DNA of 64,000 nucleotides from Podarcis liolepis (Eukaryota): assembly GCA_965112155.1 (NCBI GenBank), contig OZ218103.1. One strand, written 5' to 3'. Positions 14,140 to 27,343 of the stretch are shown piece after piece (position 1 is the stretch's first letter; each line of letters starts with the position of its first letter). The notes under the pieces were generated by a model, which had not been told where the DNA came from, made no database searches, and worked only from the letters and a program-made list of their open reading frames with translations. Both the position numbers and the translations under genes were made by a program.

Positions 14140-14254
14140 AACAAGATAAGCATCCTTCATTGTAAATGGCAAGTGGCTAAATGGCATTGGTGATATTTGT
14201 ACTGGGGACTTGCTGATTTTCCACAGCTTGGTCTCTATTTAGGTATTTAGGATG

Positions 14255-14255
<1 letters not shown>

Positions 14256-14293
<38 letters not shown>
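14256..14293. repeat. (GATT)n microsatellite
   Basis: Seen directly. Confidence 0.95.
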
Positions 14294-14294
<1 letters not shown>

Positions 14295-15663
14295 GAGATT
14301 AAATTTATATCCCTTCCTCTGAAAGAACTGAAGATATCATAAACGGCAAAATTCAGGGCTGAATATTTGACTCTGAACCCCAAGAGCACAACCTTATCTG
14401 CTAGAAACAGAAGTTATTTTCACTGGATCTTAAATCATCTTGTAGGATATTTTAACTTTGGGATTTGGATTCAGAACATAGTTACTTAAAGCATTAGCTA
14501 ATAATGTAATATTTTTAAAAATCTAAAACTACCGTGCAACATAAAAACAATAAAGAAAATCATTAAAATAAAAAGACAGTATAAAACTAGTAAAAATATA
14601 GTATAAAAGCATATAAAATAGTAATTGAGGGGATTTAAAAGTTCCCAAAGGCTAAAATAAGTACAGATAAAGATTTTTCTTAAGATGGTGTCTGCTCCAG
14701 ATTATTTTTTCATAGCTGAATGCAGACTGCTCCCAGAGTACTTTGCTTGCTGTAAAACTGCTCCCCAGGTCCTGGAATATGTGATTTGGACTTTGGCCAA
14801 GCATCTATATGATGTGGTAAGCTCATTCATGCTTTTCCATTTAGCTGGGCTCTTCTCTTGAGAATCTGCATATTTTCTCTTGTCTAAAGGATGCTGTGTG
14901 GTTAGGAGACCAAGCAAGACTTCACATGCTTTTCCTCCACACCCCGAGTGTTCTCTTTGTATGCAAGTATGCACACTCATTCTCTCTCATCTCCATTTCT
15001 GCTGCCCATTGTGTCTATATTTGACACGATCCACTTTAAAACAGGGAGAGTCACACACATTTCTGTTGTGTGTAATTGCAAGGCAGTGGAAAAGCTTATT
15101 TGGGCAAATGCTGCCAGTGTCTCCTCCTCCTCTAAGCCTACTACATATGGCTGCTCATTGATCAGAAATGATCAGAATGTTTATCCGGCTCATCTGGGTG
15201 TCTGTCACACTGCTGCAACACGGCATACAAAAGAAAAAGTGAGGGGGGGGCCCTAACTTCAATAGGTTACTAGTGAGGCAAGCTTTCCCAGATTCAATCT
15301 TCTATGAACTGCATGGGGGCCAGCAGAGAGATAACGTTTGTAGCATGACTTGGCAGCTGCATCGGAACTGAGAATGTCAAGAGGGCTGCATTTGATTAAA
15401 AATTACTATGCCTGACTGCTGAAATAGATACTCTTTCTTCTCTTTCTCTGCCCCCCTCTCCCAATCTCTTATTACTTTTGCTAGCTTTCCTCAAGGCATG
15501 TGTGCACACATCCACAAAGCAGATCTTTTAAAGAGAATTAAACCAACAGTTCTCATTATTTTTATTGCTAGAGAGGAGTGTTTTTTGTCACATCACTGCA
15601 GCCATGAAAGGGAGAATTTTAAACGCCTTTCTCAAAATATTCTTCTGTGGATTCCCATAGTTG

Positions 15664-15665
<2 letters not shown>

Positions 15666-15702
<37 letters not shown>
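15666..15702. repeat. (TG)n microsatellite; others at about 619, 1737, 12447, 18566, 43756 and 49103
   Basis: Seen directly. Confidence 0.95.
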
Positions 15703-15706
<4 letters not shown>

Positions 15707-16005
15707 TATGAGAGAGACTAAGAGAGAAGGTCAACTGTGAGTATGGGTTGGAAAACAGCTGCAAATGTAACTCTAGCTGCACGGTGGGATGGACTGTAGA
15801 ATACAACCCTTATGAAGAAACTAATGAAGCATATTAGAGTTCTCAGGAGCACGAAGTTTTGAACCTGTATATGTAGTACAGTTTTGAACCTGTATAGTAC
15901 CTATTTATTCAGTACACTGTTGCCCCCTCACCACCAGCTACCCATTGCTTACTCTGTTTTTACTATTGTAGACCACCCTGAAACCTTAGGGTGAAGGGCA
16001 GCTAA

Positions 16006-16062
<57 letters not shown>
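16006..16062. repeat. (TAA)n microsatellite
   Basis: Seen directly; follows a short retroposon-like end gaccaccctgaaaccttagggtgaagggcag. Confidence 0.95.
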
Positions 16063-16063
<1 letters not shown>

Positions 16064-16388
16064 CTGCCAAGGCTATTTTCTTTAACAAGAGGGGAATATG
16101 TGCTAGATGATGCTAGGTGGAGCATCACAAGGTGATTTAACGTCCTTGGAATTGATTGGTTAATAAGTAGCAGGGTGTTGATCTGATTCAATTAGGATGT
16201 AAAGGAGACTGGTTTTTACATGTACCAAAATTCAGTTGCTTGGGGCCTTAGAGGATAGGATACCCTTCCTTCCTTTCAATTCAGGGTGGAAGCCAGTCAG
16301 GTTGGTACAGAATTCCTGTCTATGATTGCCAGCATTGGTCAGCTTAGCAGCTGTAGACAGATAAGAGACTCAGCTACATTTGTCAGTA

Positions 16389-16614
16389 CAGTGGTACCTT
16401 GGGTTAAGAACTTAATTCGTTCTGGAGGTCTGTTCTTAACCTGAAACTGTTCTTAACCTGAGGTACCACTTTAGCTAATGGGGCCTTCCGCTGCAGCTGT
16501 GCCGCCACTGCACAATTTCTGTTCTCATACTGAAGCAAAGTTCTTAACCCGAGGTACTATTTCTGGGTTAGCGGAGTCTGTAACCTGAAGTGTCTGTAAC
16601 CCGAGGTACCACTG
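16389..16614. mobile_element. Tc1/pogo-type MITE
   Basis: TA|cagtggtaccttgggtta ... taacccgaggtaccactg|TA. Confidence 0.92.
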
Positions 16615-18194
16615 TACAGCAATTTGAATGCAACACCAGATGGCACCAGAGAGCACAAAACCTTTCTATAGCATTTTTACATAGGTTTTTCTTTTCTTTT
16701 ATTATAACGTTTTAATTTCTGACTTACTTATAGTGGGTTTTTTCCTGTGTGTAGATCCATCCAAGGTGGATAATGGCAGACAAAGTGTGTGAACAAAAGG
16801 GAGGCAATCAGACAACAGAGCTTGGAACAGAACATAGTGGCCACTACTTTAAACTTTAAATTTAGTGAGACATAAACAAACCAACAATTTCAAATGGGTT
16901 TTTCCACCTTTCCCCAAAACGAACCATAATGAACATCCATCACAGTTTGCCAGTTTGGACAACACACAAGCTGTGGATGGTTAAGCAAAAACAGAAGTGA
17001 AAGCTCCTGCGCTTCTCCTTGCATCTGTGATAGAGAAGGAGAGGGAATGCACAACCTGCAAGGTCATTTAGTGTAATGTCTGAATGCGGCCAGTGCAGAG
17101 TTAGATTTAGGGCAGTGTGATCGGTTCCATTGCACTGGGTGCTGAGTCTAGCGGGCACTGCAGGGCATTGCAACTATGACTTAGTGAATTGAGTAGAAGG
17201 CAAGAAATGAGGGGGGACCAAAGTGTAGCTTTGCATAGGGTGCTGCTGAAATCTGAAAGATCCAAGTCTGCCCCTGACCCATGTCTCAGATAAAGTTTTA
17301 TTGGAGTAGAATTATGATCCCCACCCGATTCTGGAGACCCAGTAAAAACTGTAGCCAGATTGGGACTTAGGTGTGGCACCACCTGACAGTCAATAGGCAA
17401 GATTGCAAGCTTGGAAAAAAATAAAATGAGGAATTTAAACCCGAAGTTTCTTTCTCAGCTCATCCCAACTCCTTCCTTCCTTCAGTTTTTTTGTGTTTTT
17501 TTTCTTTGCCTCGCAGAAAGTGGTCGTTTGTTCATGAGACTCCTGGTGTTGTCCTTTCCAAACTGGTTATTTCCTTGTTTCTTTTACCTTTTGTGGAATT
17601 TCTTTGTGTGTTTAGCCTCATTTTTAGTTATTCTCAGCACTCCTTTCCCTGCTCCGGTGTTTTCACGCTGATTTCTTGAGACCTATTCAGTTGTTGGTTT
17701 CCTTCTCTACAGTCTCCTTAGACTCTATATTGTCCTTTGCATTGCTGACTTCATCCATAGTAACCTCTGGATTCCACCCCCCCCTCCAGCTTTTTGCTCA
17801 GTATAGGTAAAGCTTTTCAAACCTCTAGTCATTAGCTCTCAGTGGGAGGTTAGAGAGTTTCCCGTGTTTTTTGCTAACAATCACCTAATGATCGGCTATT
17901 GTTCAAACAGCTTCTTTTCCTGTGCTTAAATGGAAAGGCACAGAAGAAATGCACACTCTCCTGCCTGGAGCGAATTGCAGCAGCAAAATTACAGCCCATA
18001 AATGCAGTAGACAATATTACAGGTAGTTCTCCATCTACCCAAGTTTTGACTCCAGCCTTCCCCATCATGGTTCAGGAGCAGCACCTGCCACTTTCAACTC
18101 TGTTAGGCAGATTTTCCCAGCTTGCCAGCCTCTCCTGCCCCATCTCTAGGGGAGTTATATACAGATCATCTCAGAGCTAGATCAGGTGGTCCCA

Positions 18195-18948
18195 TGAACT
18201 CCCCTCATTCTGGCATCAGCTCTGAGAACCAATTGCAGCTGGGGAGGCATAGCCAGGGGAGTTGACCAGGTAAGGGACGGAACTGCCCACCTGGCACAAT
18301 AGAGGGTCCTCAGTCAGCTCCAGAGCTTCTCCCGCCCTACCCTCCCTTAGTTTGGGACATTTATTGCAGGTTAACAGCTTCTTTACAGGTATGTTAGCGC
18401 TGCAACGGTCATTGATGGTTGCTGTTGAAGGACCGGGAAGGAATTTCCCTGCATTGGCAGGTTTCGCCTTCACTGTAGCAAAACGTCACAACTTTGGTGG
18501 TTTCAGGCCTTGGGTGGAATCCTTTAGTCTATCTTCCCTAAATTGGGGGGGGGCATGAAGTGGTGACACACACACACACACACACACCCCCGCAGTGATC
18601 CCAGGATTCCCCGTTAAAGGGGTTGTGTTGAGGGGAGTCACTGGCCATACGCTGAAAGGTTGTCAGTACTCTCCCCTGTGTTGCGGCGAAATGGGGGGGG
18701 GCAGGCTCTCTGCTTAAACAAACTTCCAGAGCCAGCCCAAACCCCAGACAGATTAATTAACTCTGGTGTGCCCCAGATCCCTGGCTGGGGACTGGGAGGG
18801 ATAAACGCCCAATGCCTAAGCCAGGGTCTTCCTGCATCTGAAAATTTAATAAAGTTGTGGCTATTTTTAATCCCCTAGCACGTTGTCATGACTCATTATT
18901 CCACCTGGGTGTTGCCTAGGGTCGGGGGGTGTTCGCCTGGGCATGCAA
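18195..18948 (+). mobile_element. GC-richer terminal-repeat-like remnant, possibly DIRS/Ngaro-type
   Basis: Compositionally distinct block ending aataaagttgtggc...; no TG..CA ends or TSD found. Family assignment is from recollection only and boundaries are approximate. Confidence 0.35.
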
Positions 18949-21058
18949 TACAGAGCAATGCGGTTTGGCCTGGCCTCAGCATAGAGAGCATTCCCCAAAG
19001 TAGTGGTAGCCCTTGTTTCACACATCCATCTTCAGTGCATATTGCCTTTTCTTTACCTTGATAACATACTGATTGCCTCTGCATCAAACAAGAGGAGATC
19101 TTTATGTGAGCCTATCAGCCTTCTAGGATCACAACTTCGTGAACAACTACAATAAGGGCCTTCTCTTCCCTTTTTGCCAGTTGATTCATCTAGGAGGCCT
19201 CAAACACTCAAGCGGAGACAATTACGTTATCTCCAGAAAAAATATAACCAAAATTCTCTCAACTGTGTCCTCCATCCTACCCCATCAAGCTATCATTTTA
19301 ATGCTGTTGTCAAAGATGCTATGGCTAATGATACTTGCCCTACCAATGATGCTTTGGGGCAGACTTTGCTCATATCCCAGTCAATGGCTCCTCTTGCACC
19401 ATCAGAGATCCATTCACAAGTGCTTTTATGGGGTCTCCAGAAAAGTCTGTTAAACTTACTGTGAAAGGTGTTTCTGGATCCCATAAAAGCTGCCACCAGA
19501 ACCCACTCAGGCTGTCAGCAGCTGTTTATTCTGTGGCACCTCACCACTTTTTTTTGACAATAGTATGCTCCGTCAGACTTCTTTACCTTTCGTACCAGAG
19601 TGTCTCAGTGAGTTTTTAAGGCAACCTCTCCTGTTAAAAGCCATCTTCCATGCTCTTCTGATACTGAATCTCCTCATATTCTGGCTTGTTATTTAAAAAC
19701 TGAAAAAGGAAGGAGCAGCAAAGAGCTAAGATGGCAGCTTCCTGTTCTTTATTTTATTTTTTTGCTCACTTGCAATGTTACCTATTGACTGCCAGGAGGT
19801 GTGAAACCTAAATCCCAATCTGGTGGCTGCTTTTTACAGGATCCAGGAATACCTTGCACGATAAGTATAATGGAATTTTTTAAAAAATGCATTAGCAAAC
19901 ACACTGTCCCAAAGAAGAGACAAAAGTCAAGACAAGGGATTGGATTTGGTGGACTTTTCTTGCTTTGAGGTTCTTAAAATAGCTGTTCTTAAAAGGTTGC
20001 TTTACAAATGGCAATACTTTTCAGCATGAATCATTTCCCTTCTTGCTGTGCTACAGCAGTGCTATCTGTGTGACACACTGGAACTGAGTTTTTGTTGATC
20101 AGAGTCTCAGCAGCTGTTACAGCATCCAGTCTCTAACTCTTGGGCTTAAACCAAACAGAACTAAAAGTTAATATTTGATTGTAAAACTAGTAACATTTCC
20201 CTGTGTGGCCTGCGTTGTGTTAACTTTCCTTTCTTTCTTTAATTCACGAGGAACAAAAATAACATTGATGCCCACTCAAAAATTGTGTTCATTTGAGTGA
20301 TTAGATCAGAGACATGTACAAATTGACAATTCTAAATTGCAGGGACATGCACAAATTGATAGTCCTTAATTACAGAGAGAAGTCATGCATTCAAATGGTG
20401 CATCAGAGTTGTGAAATGGGCTACAAATGTAATTAAAATATAAGGAATTCAAACAGAGGGAGTGTCAAGGTAGCTGTTCCAACGTGGCTCCATTTGGTCT
20501 AAGGCTCTCCTTTCTACATCTTAAGCTGGTGAAACCCCACAGTAATCCATGGCCTGCTCAGTATTTTAAGCTGGTGAAACCCCACAGTAATCTATGACCT
20601 GCACAGCGGCTAATTGCTGCCGTCCGGTGGAGGAGTCACACTCCTTTGTGTGCCACTGTGCCTTGCTCTTTTCCAGTGATGTATTACAATACATTGGTAC
20701 AATACAAAGCAATAAATTTAGATGTGTTATAAAGGCTGTCAGCTTCATACTGCTTGAAAATGCCACTGGGAGAGCCTGGCCACTTGGCAAGAGGTTTGTA
20801 CAATGTGTATGCACTTCATGCTTGGTGTGGATATTTTACTGTCAGACAATTTGAAATCCAGGGTAGAAAATTTGAAAATAGTAATAAATAACCCTCTTTA
20901 AGTGATGGTGGAGGCAGTGGGTGCAAATTTATTTGCAGCTCCTGTAATTTTGATGTCTTCTTGTCTTTCTCAGATAAGTGTTGACATAAAATAATAGGTT
21001 TTCAGTTCTTTGAGATGAATACCTGTTTTGTTTTCTGACTGCTGGGCAGATTGTTTAG

Positions 21059-21580
<522 letters not shown>

Positions 21581-22442
21581 TAAATAACAGATAGCAGTAC
21601 TCAGAATCACACTCTGATTTAGCAGAGAGCAGCCATAGTATTTTCTGGGATTTGTCCTAATGCAAGTCAAGGAATGTTGGCATTTCTGTAAAAACTAAGA
21701 TAAATGCTAGAAATGTAATTCAGGTGTTTGCTTGCTTCACCAGACACCTGAATTTACATAGGAACACATTTACAAGTTTGCTGCTAATACAAATTTCAGC
21801 TTTAACAAACTGTTTTGTTGTGTTGTTGTTGTTGTTTGTTTGTTTTGCAGCAGAAACACTTAGCTGACATTTTCCTCACCATTGAGGGATACTGAGTACA
21901 ATTGACGCATGAAGACCCCGGGAGTAGGAGTGGTCAAATTTAGCCCCTTGCCCCTATACAGATAATTATATGGGGAATGTGGAGAAGTACACTTACAGAA
22001 GCCTTGATGGAAAGTACATGGAGAGACGTGTCATGAAAATAGTAGCCATAGTCAAAACTGAATATTCTTGAGGATGTGGGGTGCAGATGGAGAGAGAGTG
22101 TTTAGCTCTTTCTCTGACATGATCCTGACAAAAATGGCATCACTGAAGCAGCTGTTTACATTAGAGCTCCCATTTGTGCCAGTGAAATAAGTTGGACATT
22201 AATAGGATTTGTGCAGTCAACATCACATTTGGTTTGGCACATAGCTGACCACTGTTATGTACTTAACAATGAAGAGGTTGTCCTCTGCAAAGACGGATAA
22301 GAGGCAGGACTTTCTTCATCCAACAATTCCACTCCCCTTGATTTCATCCCTTCTACCTCCTGTATCTGGAGCTATGACCCACTGTGTGGATATCATTTCT
22401 TAAATATACACACATCTGATACATTGCATGCATGGACTAACC

Positions 22443-22578
22443 CAGGCATCCCCAAACTCGGCCCTCCAGATGTCTTGGGACTATAGTTCCCATCATCCCT
22501 GACCACTGGTCCTGTTAACTAGGAATGGGGAGAGTTGTAGTCCCAAAACATCTGGAGGGCCGAGTTTGGGGATGCCTG
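22443..22578. mobile_element. Palindromic hAT-type MITE (136 bp)
   Basis: 31-bp perfect inverted arms caggcatccccaaactcggccctccagatgt; TSD gactaacc/cactaacc. Confidence 0.9.
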
Positions 22579-22962
22579 CACTAACCTAATGAGAGCTGCT
22601 ATCTAATATCCTGGTGGGTCAGCTCAATACAAGGATCTTCTCTAGAGTAGTTAATACTAATTGAAAATTACATGCATTGTGTATTCCACATAAAATAAAT
22701 GTGGCTTGCTATTTATTGTGTTTCATTATATATATATATATTTCACTTCAAACATCCAGAGGCATCCCAAAACAATTTACAATTATAAAATACAAAATTC
22801 ATTTTTTAAAAAAGTTATAAAACAAGATGACATAAGCGTTCATCCAAAGAAAAAAAGGAATCTAAAACAGAAAAGAATTCAGCCCTTTTCACACAGAATG
22901 AACACCAGTACCCACCAAAAGCCCAGTCACCAGTGCTGCCCAGGAGCAGAAGTGCATTAAGG

Positions 22963-23098
22963 CAGGCTTCCTCAAACTTGGCCCTCCAGATGTTTTGAGA
23001 CTACCATTCCCATCATCCCTGACCACTGTTCCTGCTAGCTAGGGATCATGGGAGTTGTAGGCCAAAAGCATCTGGAGGGCCGAGTTTGAGGAAGCCTG
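22963..23098. mobile_element. Palindromic hAT-type MITE
   Basis: caggcttcctcaaact...agtttgaggaagcctg; TSD cattaagg/ttttaagg. Confidence 0.88.
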
Positions 23099-24619
23099 TT
23101 TTAAGGTGTCAAAAAGTAACATATGCATCAGGTCTGGCTAGCAGTACTGAGTACTTGTAAGCCCTGACACCGAGGATATTTAATCATTTGAGGTAGATGA
23201 GATTTCAGTGTTTTTCTTCTCTGGTCAGCATATTCCCTTAATATGGTTTACCTTAGGCTACTCTTTTCATCTTCTCTCAAGTTGTTTCAGTTTTGCCACA
23301 AATTTTCACATTGTCCCAGATTGGATGTCAAAGTCACTACTCAGCTATGTTGGGACATCCCAAAGTCCCAAAGAATGACTAATGCTGCATATTACATAAA
23401 TCACTTGCAACAACTTAATACTCGCAGTAATATCTTTGAAAACTTGCCTAAACGGAAAGAAATATTGTGTGTTACATCAAATGCTTTTTTTAATTAGGCA
23501 TATGCATATGAATTAGAAATGAGAAATACATTCATTTCATTTCTGATTATTAATCCTTTAAGCATAATTATATTTTGACAGAACAGTGAAAGATTATAAA
23601 TGAAATAAATGAGGAAGGTGACACAGTTTCATTTTAAACTGAAAGGGCTTCATTATTATTATTATTTTTTTAAAAAGTCTAATTCCAAACACAGAATATT
23701 TATAAATAAATTAACTTGGAAATGTTAATGTTTTTAAGACGTTTTTCACAAGGTTAATTGGCAAACATTCCTCTGTTGCTATGAACTGAAAGCCTCTAAA
23801 AGGTGAAGAAGGCAGGGAAGCATCATTGGGCATCAAAGGGGTTGCCATTTTGATTTATCCCATGTTTCAACAACAGCAAAGCCACCTTCTGTGATACTTC
23901 CTGGGTGCTCTATTTAGGGATCAGCTACATGGGAGCTGCTATTGAAATCAAATTGGAGATAGTACTCTGTTCCAGTGAGTACCAACACAGACACACACAA
24001 TTATCTTACAGATAACTTTATAAATTCAGTATTATTTTTAAAATATTACAGTTATCTATAAATATACTGAATAAATGCATTGCATATGTACATACATCGC
24101 ATACATGGTAAAACATAAAATTGTCAAATTTATGATCTATTTCATATATCTCCTAATAACAGATATGGATTGACCAGATCTTGCCCTTTATCATTCTAAC
24201 AAGCTCCATATTTCTGCAAACCTGACATGGCACTATTTATCTTCTCTAATTAACTTTGTCAACCTAACCTACGGACAGATGGATAGTGACATGTTCTGCA
24301 TGCCCAAATACGGCTCAGGTAGTTTATCCAAAGGTGTTCCCAGTGTGAAGTTCCCCTCCTTAAGTGTTGTATGCAATATTTGATGACTCAACATAATTAT
24401 ACTATGAGCTTTAGCATTTTTAATGACACAGAAGGAGAATTTACAGGGCAGCCATTTTGTTTGCGTGTTTCTTATAACACAGAGACTGCAACCTAATCCC
24501 AGGGAGTAAGCCCCATTGAATTCAATAGGCCTTGTTCATGAGTAGACATGGGTAGGACCGTGCTGTTAGTTCTGGCACTGAAATCCTTGGTCTTTGTCTG
24601 TTTTTATTAGCATTTAACT

Positions 24620-25366
24620 CAGCGGCGTAGCGTGGGTTATCAGCACCCGGGGCAAGGCAAGTAATTTGCGCCCCCTAACCCGGGGCAAGGCAATTAATTT
24701 GCGCCCCCTAACCCGGGGCAAGGCAAGTACAGTAATTTACTCTCCCAAGCAGCAGCAGCGAGGCTTCTCTTTCCCCCGCGCTCTCCTGGAGCTGCCTCTT
24801 TTCTTTCCTTTCGCTTTCTCTCCTTAATTGATTCCTCCTCCACACCGCAGCGTTTCCTGGCTGCTCCCCCACCTTCCCCTCTCTCTCCTCCTCGCTCTGC
24901 TTGCCTTGCCCTGCCTGAGGGCGCCCTGAGGAGACTCCGCTCTCCTTTTTGACCAGGCGAGGTGGAAAAGTCTCTTCCCGCCCCCTCGCCAGACTCCCTG
25001 CTCGGATCGGCTCACTAGCCAGGCGGCCAGTGGAGAGAGAGCCACAATTACCATAAAGCTCCTCTCCCTCCACTTCGCCAAGCTGTCAAAGCCCCGGCAG
25101 CAGCAGCAACGGCAGCAGCAGGCGCAGCCAGACCCCCGCCAGCCAGCCAGCCCGCCCGCCCGCCCGCCCGGCTTCCTCTCCTTTTTTTGCCCGGCAGAAG
25201 GCTTCGCTCTCCCCCTTCTGCGACCTCCTCGCCAAGCCGAGCGAGCGCAGGCTCCCTAACCCGTGGATTTTAGTAGGGGCAGAGAGCTGCTAGTGCGAGC
25301 GCGCCCCCCGTCCATGTTGCGCCCGGTGCGGCTGGCCCCCCTGGCACCCCCCACGCTACGCCACTG
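24620..25366. mobile_element. Young non-autonomous hAT element (747 bp) with GC/CpG-rich internal segment
   Basis: TIRs cagcggcgtagcgtggg / cccacgctacgccactg (16/17); perfect 8-bp TSD atttaact (24612-24619, 25367-25374); 33-bp subterminal tandem units at 24645-24738. Confidence 0.93.
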
Positions 25367-25723
25367 ATTTAACTCATTTAACTTGGCTTCATGCTTATGC
25401 TTAAGAGCAAATCAGTGTGGTTCCTCCCCTGCTCCCCCCCAAAGCTTCTTCCAAGTAGAAGTGTGATAGATATTTTCCGACATTATGTTCAGTGGAGACA
25501 TATTGGAACAGGACAATGTGTGTATTTTTCTTCCTTGCGCATTAATGAATAAACCTTCAAGGGGTTAAATTGGCTAGCTTATGAAAGCAATCAATATGTT
25601 GAGTTGTGAATCTCTGTCCCTGGATTTTGAACATTTTCAGCTTCAGCTATGCGAGAAAGAATAGGCGAGAGATCCTTTCAGACAGCTTACTTAAGCAGCT
25701 TGTTTCCCCCCTGTGTATTTCAG

Positions 25724-25805
25724 GTGATATTTGAATCGGTTTCGTTGAAGGGACACCCTGGGTACATAGCTGTGGATGAAGTCAGAGTTCTTGCCCATCC
25801 ATGCA
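25724..25805 (+). CDS. PTPRT: PTPRT coding exon (exon 4), end of MAM domain
   Basis: tttcag|GTG acceptor, A|gtaagc donor. 82 bp, [27 protein letters not shown]. Phase 0 start matches the previous exon. Confidence 0.96.
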
Positions 25806-27009
25806 GTAAGCATACTCCCCCCTCCCTTTTCCTTCCTAACCGTAGTAATGTGTTACACTCGGCCTTGCATCAAGAGGAGTAATTTGCCCAATTCAATCAG
25901 TTCTGAAACATCTTCTTTTATCCTTTCCAAATGCTTACAGAGTGGAAGCAATCAGCCCTGAATAAATACATAATTTATCAAGTTGTGCAACAGGCAGAAC
26001 CGCTACAAATGTGCAGCTAGTGCCAAAATCCTAGTCCGTTATTAAGGAGATATAAAGCCCTGATTGTTAGCTCTGATTCAGGCCATTGAAGGAGAAGAAT
26101 TGCAGGGTTCTGATGGTATCATATAGAAGTAAGTTAAAGGGGGAATTTTGGGATGTGGGGGAAGTTCTTTCATGTGCACACAACTAAGCAAATTAGTGCA
26201 ACATTCACTCTGGAAGAAATGCCCTGGAGTATACTTTCTTTAAAGGAATGTAAATCTTTTCAGTAGCTCAATGAAAGAATTTAAAGAATATGTATCCCTT
26301 TCAAAGCACTCAATTCATACTGTGAAGTATAGAATAAGTCAAAAGATTGTTTCACTACATTCCCTCGGCTGTTGTATTTTGTACCAGCCATTTTATCCAT
26401 GGAAACACTCAATTAGGAATTTGTATCTATTTGTTGTTACAGATGTCCAATTCATAACATTCAGATGCAAACTCCCCCAAATCCAGGACTAATTCAGAGG
26501 TAACACTAGGCTGATTTTTGTGCTCATGGTACCTGCCTGGTATCTAGAAGGCAACAGAAAGCTTAATACTTGGGCCAGTGCAGTCACAATGAAGCATATA
26601 TAAGTCCTTCTAATTTCAACAGGCAAAAACTATGTAATATTCTTTTAGACTTAAAAGGGATAAATATGGAAGATTTTGGGATCCAAAGGTGCCTTCTAAT
26701 TTCTGTTCATGCTTTATATTTATCTGTTTATTACATTTATATCCTGGCTTTCTGCCAGTCACCCAACACAGTCTACAATTTTAAATGCTAAAATAAGTGT
26801 AAAGTTGACTGAGGAAGGGACAGGACAATTCCAGCAATGTTGTTAGGGACAGCATATATAAGGCATTTATGTTCTCTCAAAGTGCTGTTGTGGTTTCTTT
26901 TAATACTCACTTCCCCAACATTGCTAGCTAGAAGAGAATTAGTTTGACTCATTAGAGTATTCTCTTAAAAAACTTTTTTGTCCTTTTGACTATCAGGTAT
27001 TATACTATT

Positions 27010-27286
27010 GAGAGGGCCTTCTGGCGGTTTCCTCACTGCGAGAAGTGAGGTTACAGGAACCAGGCAGAGGGCCTTCTCTATAGTGGCTCCTGCCTTATGG
27101 AATACCCTCCCATCAGATGTTAAGGAAATAAACAACTATCTGACTTTTAGAAGACCTCTGAAGGCAGCCCTGTTTAGGGAAGTTTTTAATGTTTGATGTT
27201 TTATCGTATTTTTAATATTCTGTTGGGAGCCACCCAGAGTGGCTGGGGAAACCCAGACAGATGGGTGCTGTATTATTATTATTATT
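27010..27286 (+). mobile_element. L2-type LINE 3' fragment (family A)
   Basis: TRQRAFSIVAPALWNTLPSDVKEINNYLTFRRPLKAALFREVF, then 3'UTR and (TTA)n. Confidence 0.85.
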
Positions 27287-27309
27287 AATCACATTTATTA
27301 ATCACATTT

Positions 27310-27343
<34 letters not shown>

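Noticed and set aside
24645-24738. 33-bp direct repeats as a CRISPR array, and ccctaaccc as telomeric repeat
   Set aside because: Eukaryotic context, no spacers (head-to-tail units), lying within a transposon subterminal region; only isolated CCCTAA hexamers.
24708-25081. ORFs of 121 and 85 aa on the - strand in the GC-rich insert
   Set aside because: Low-complexity translations of GC-rich DNA; no transposase or known domain.
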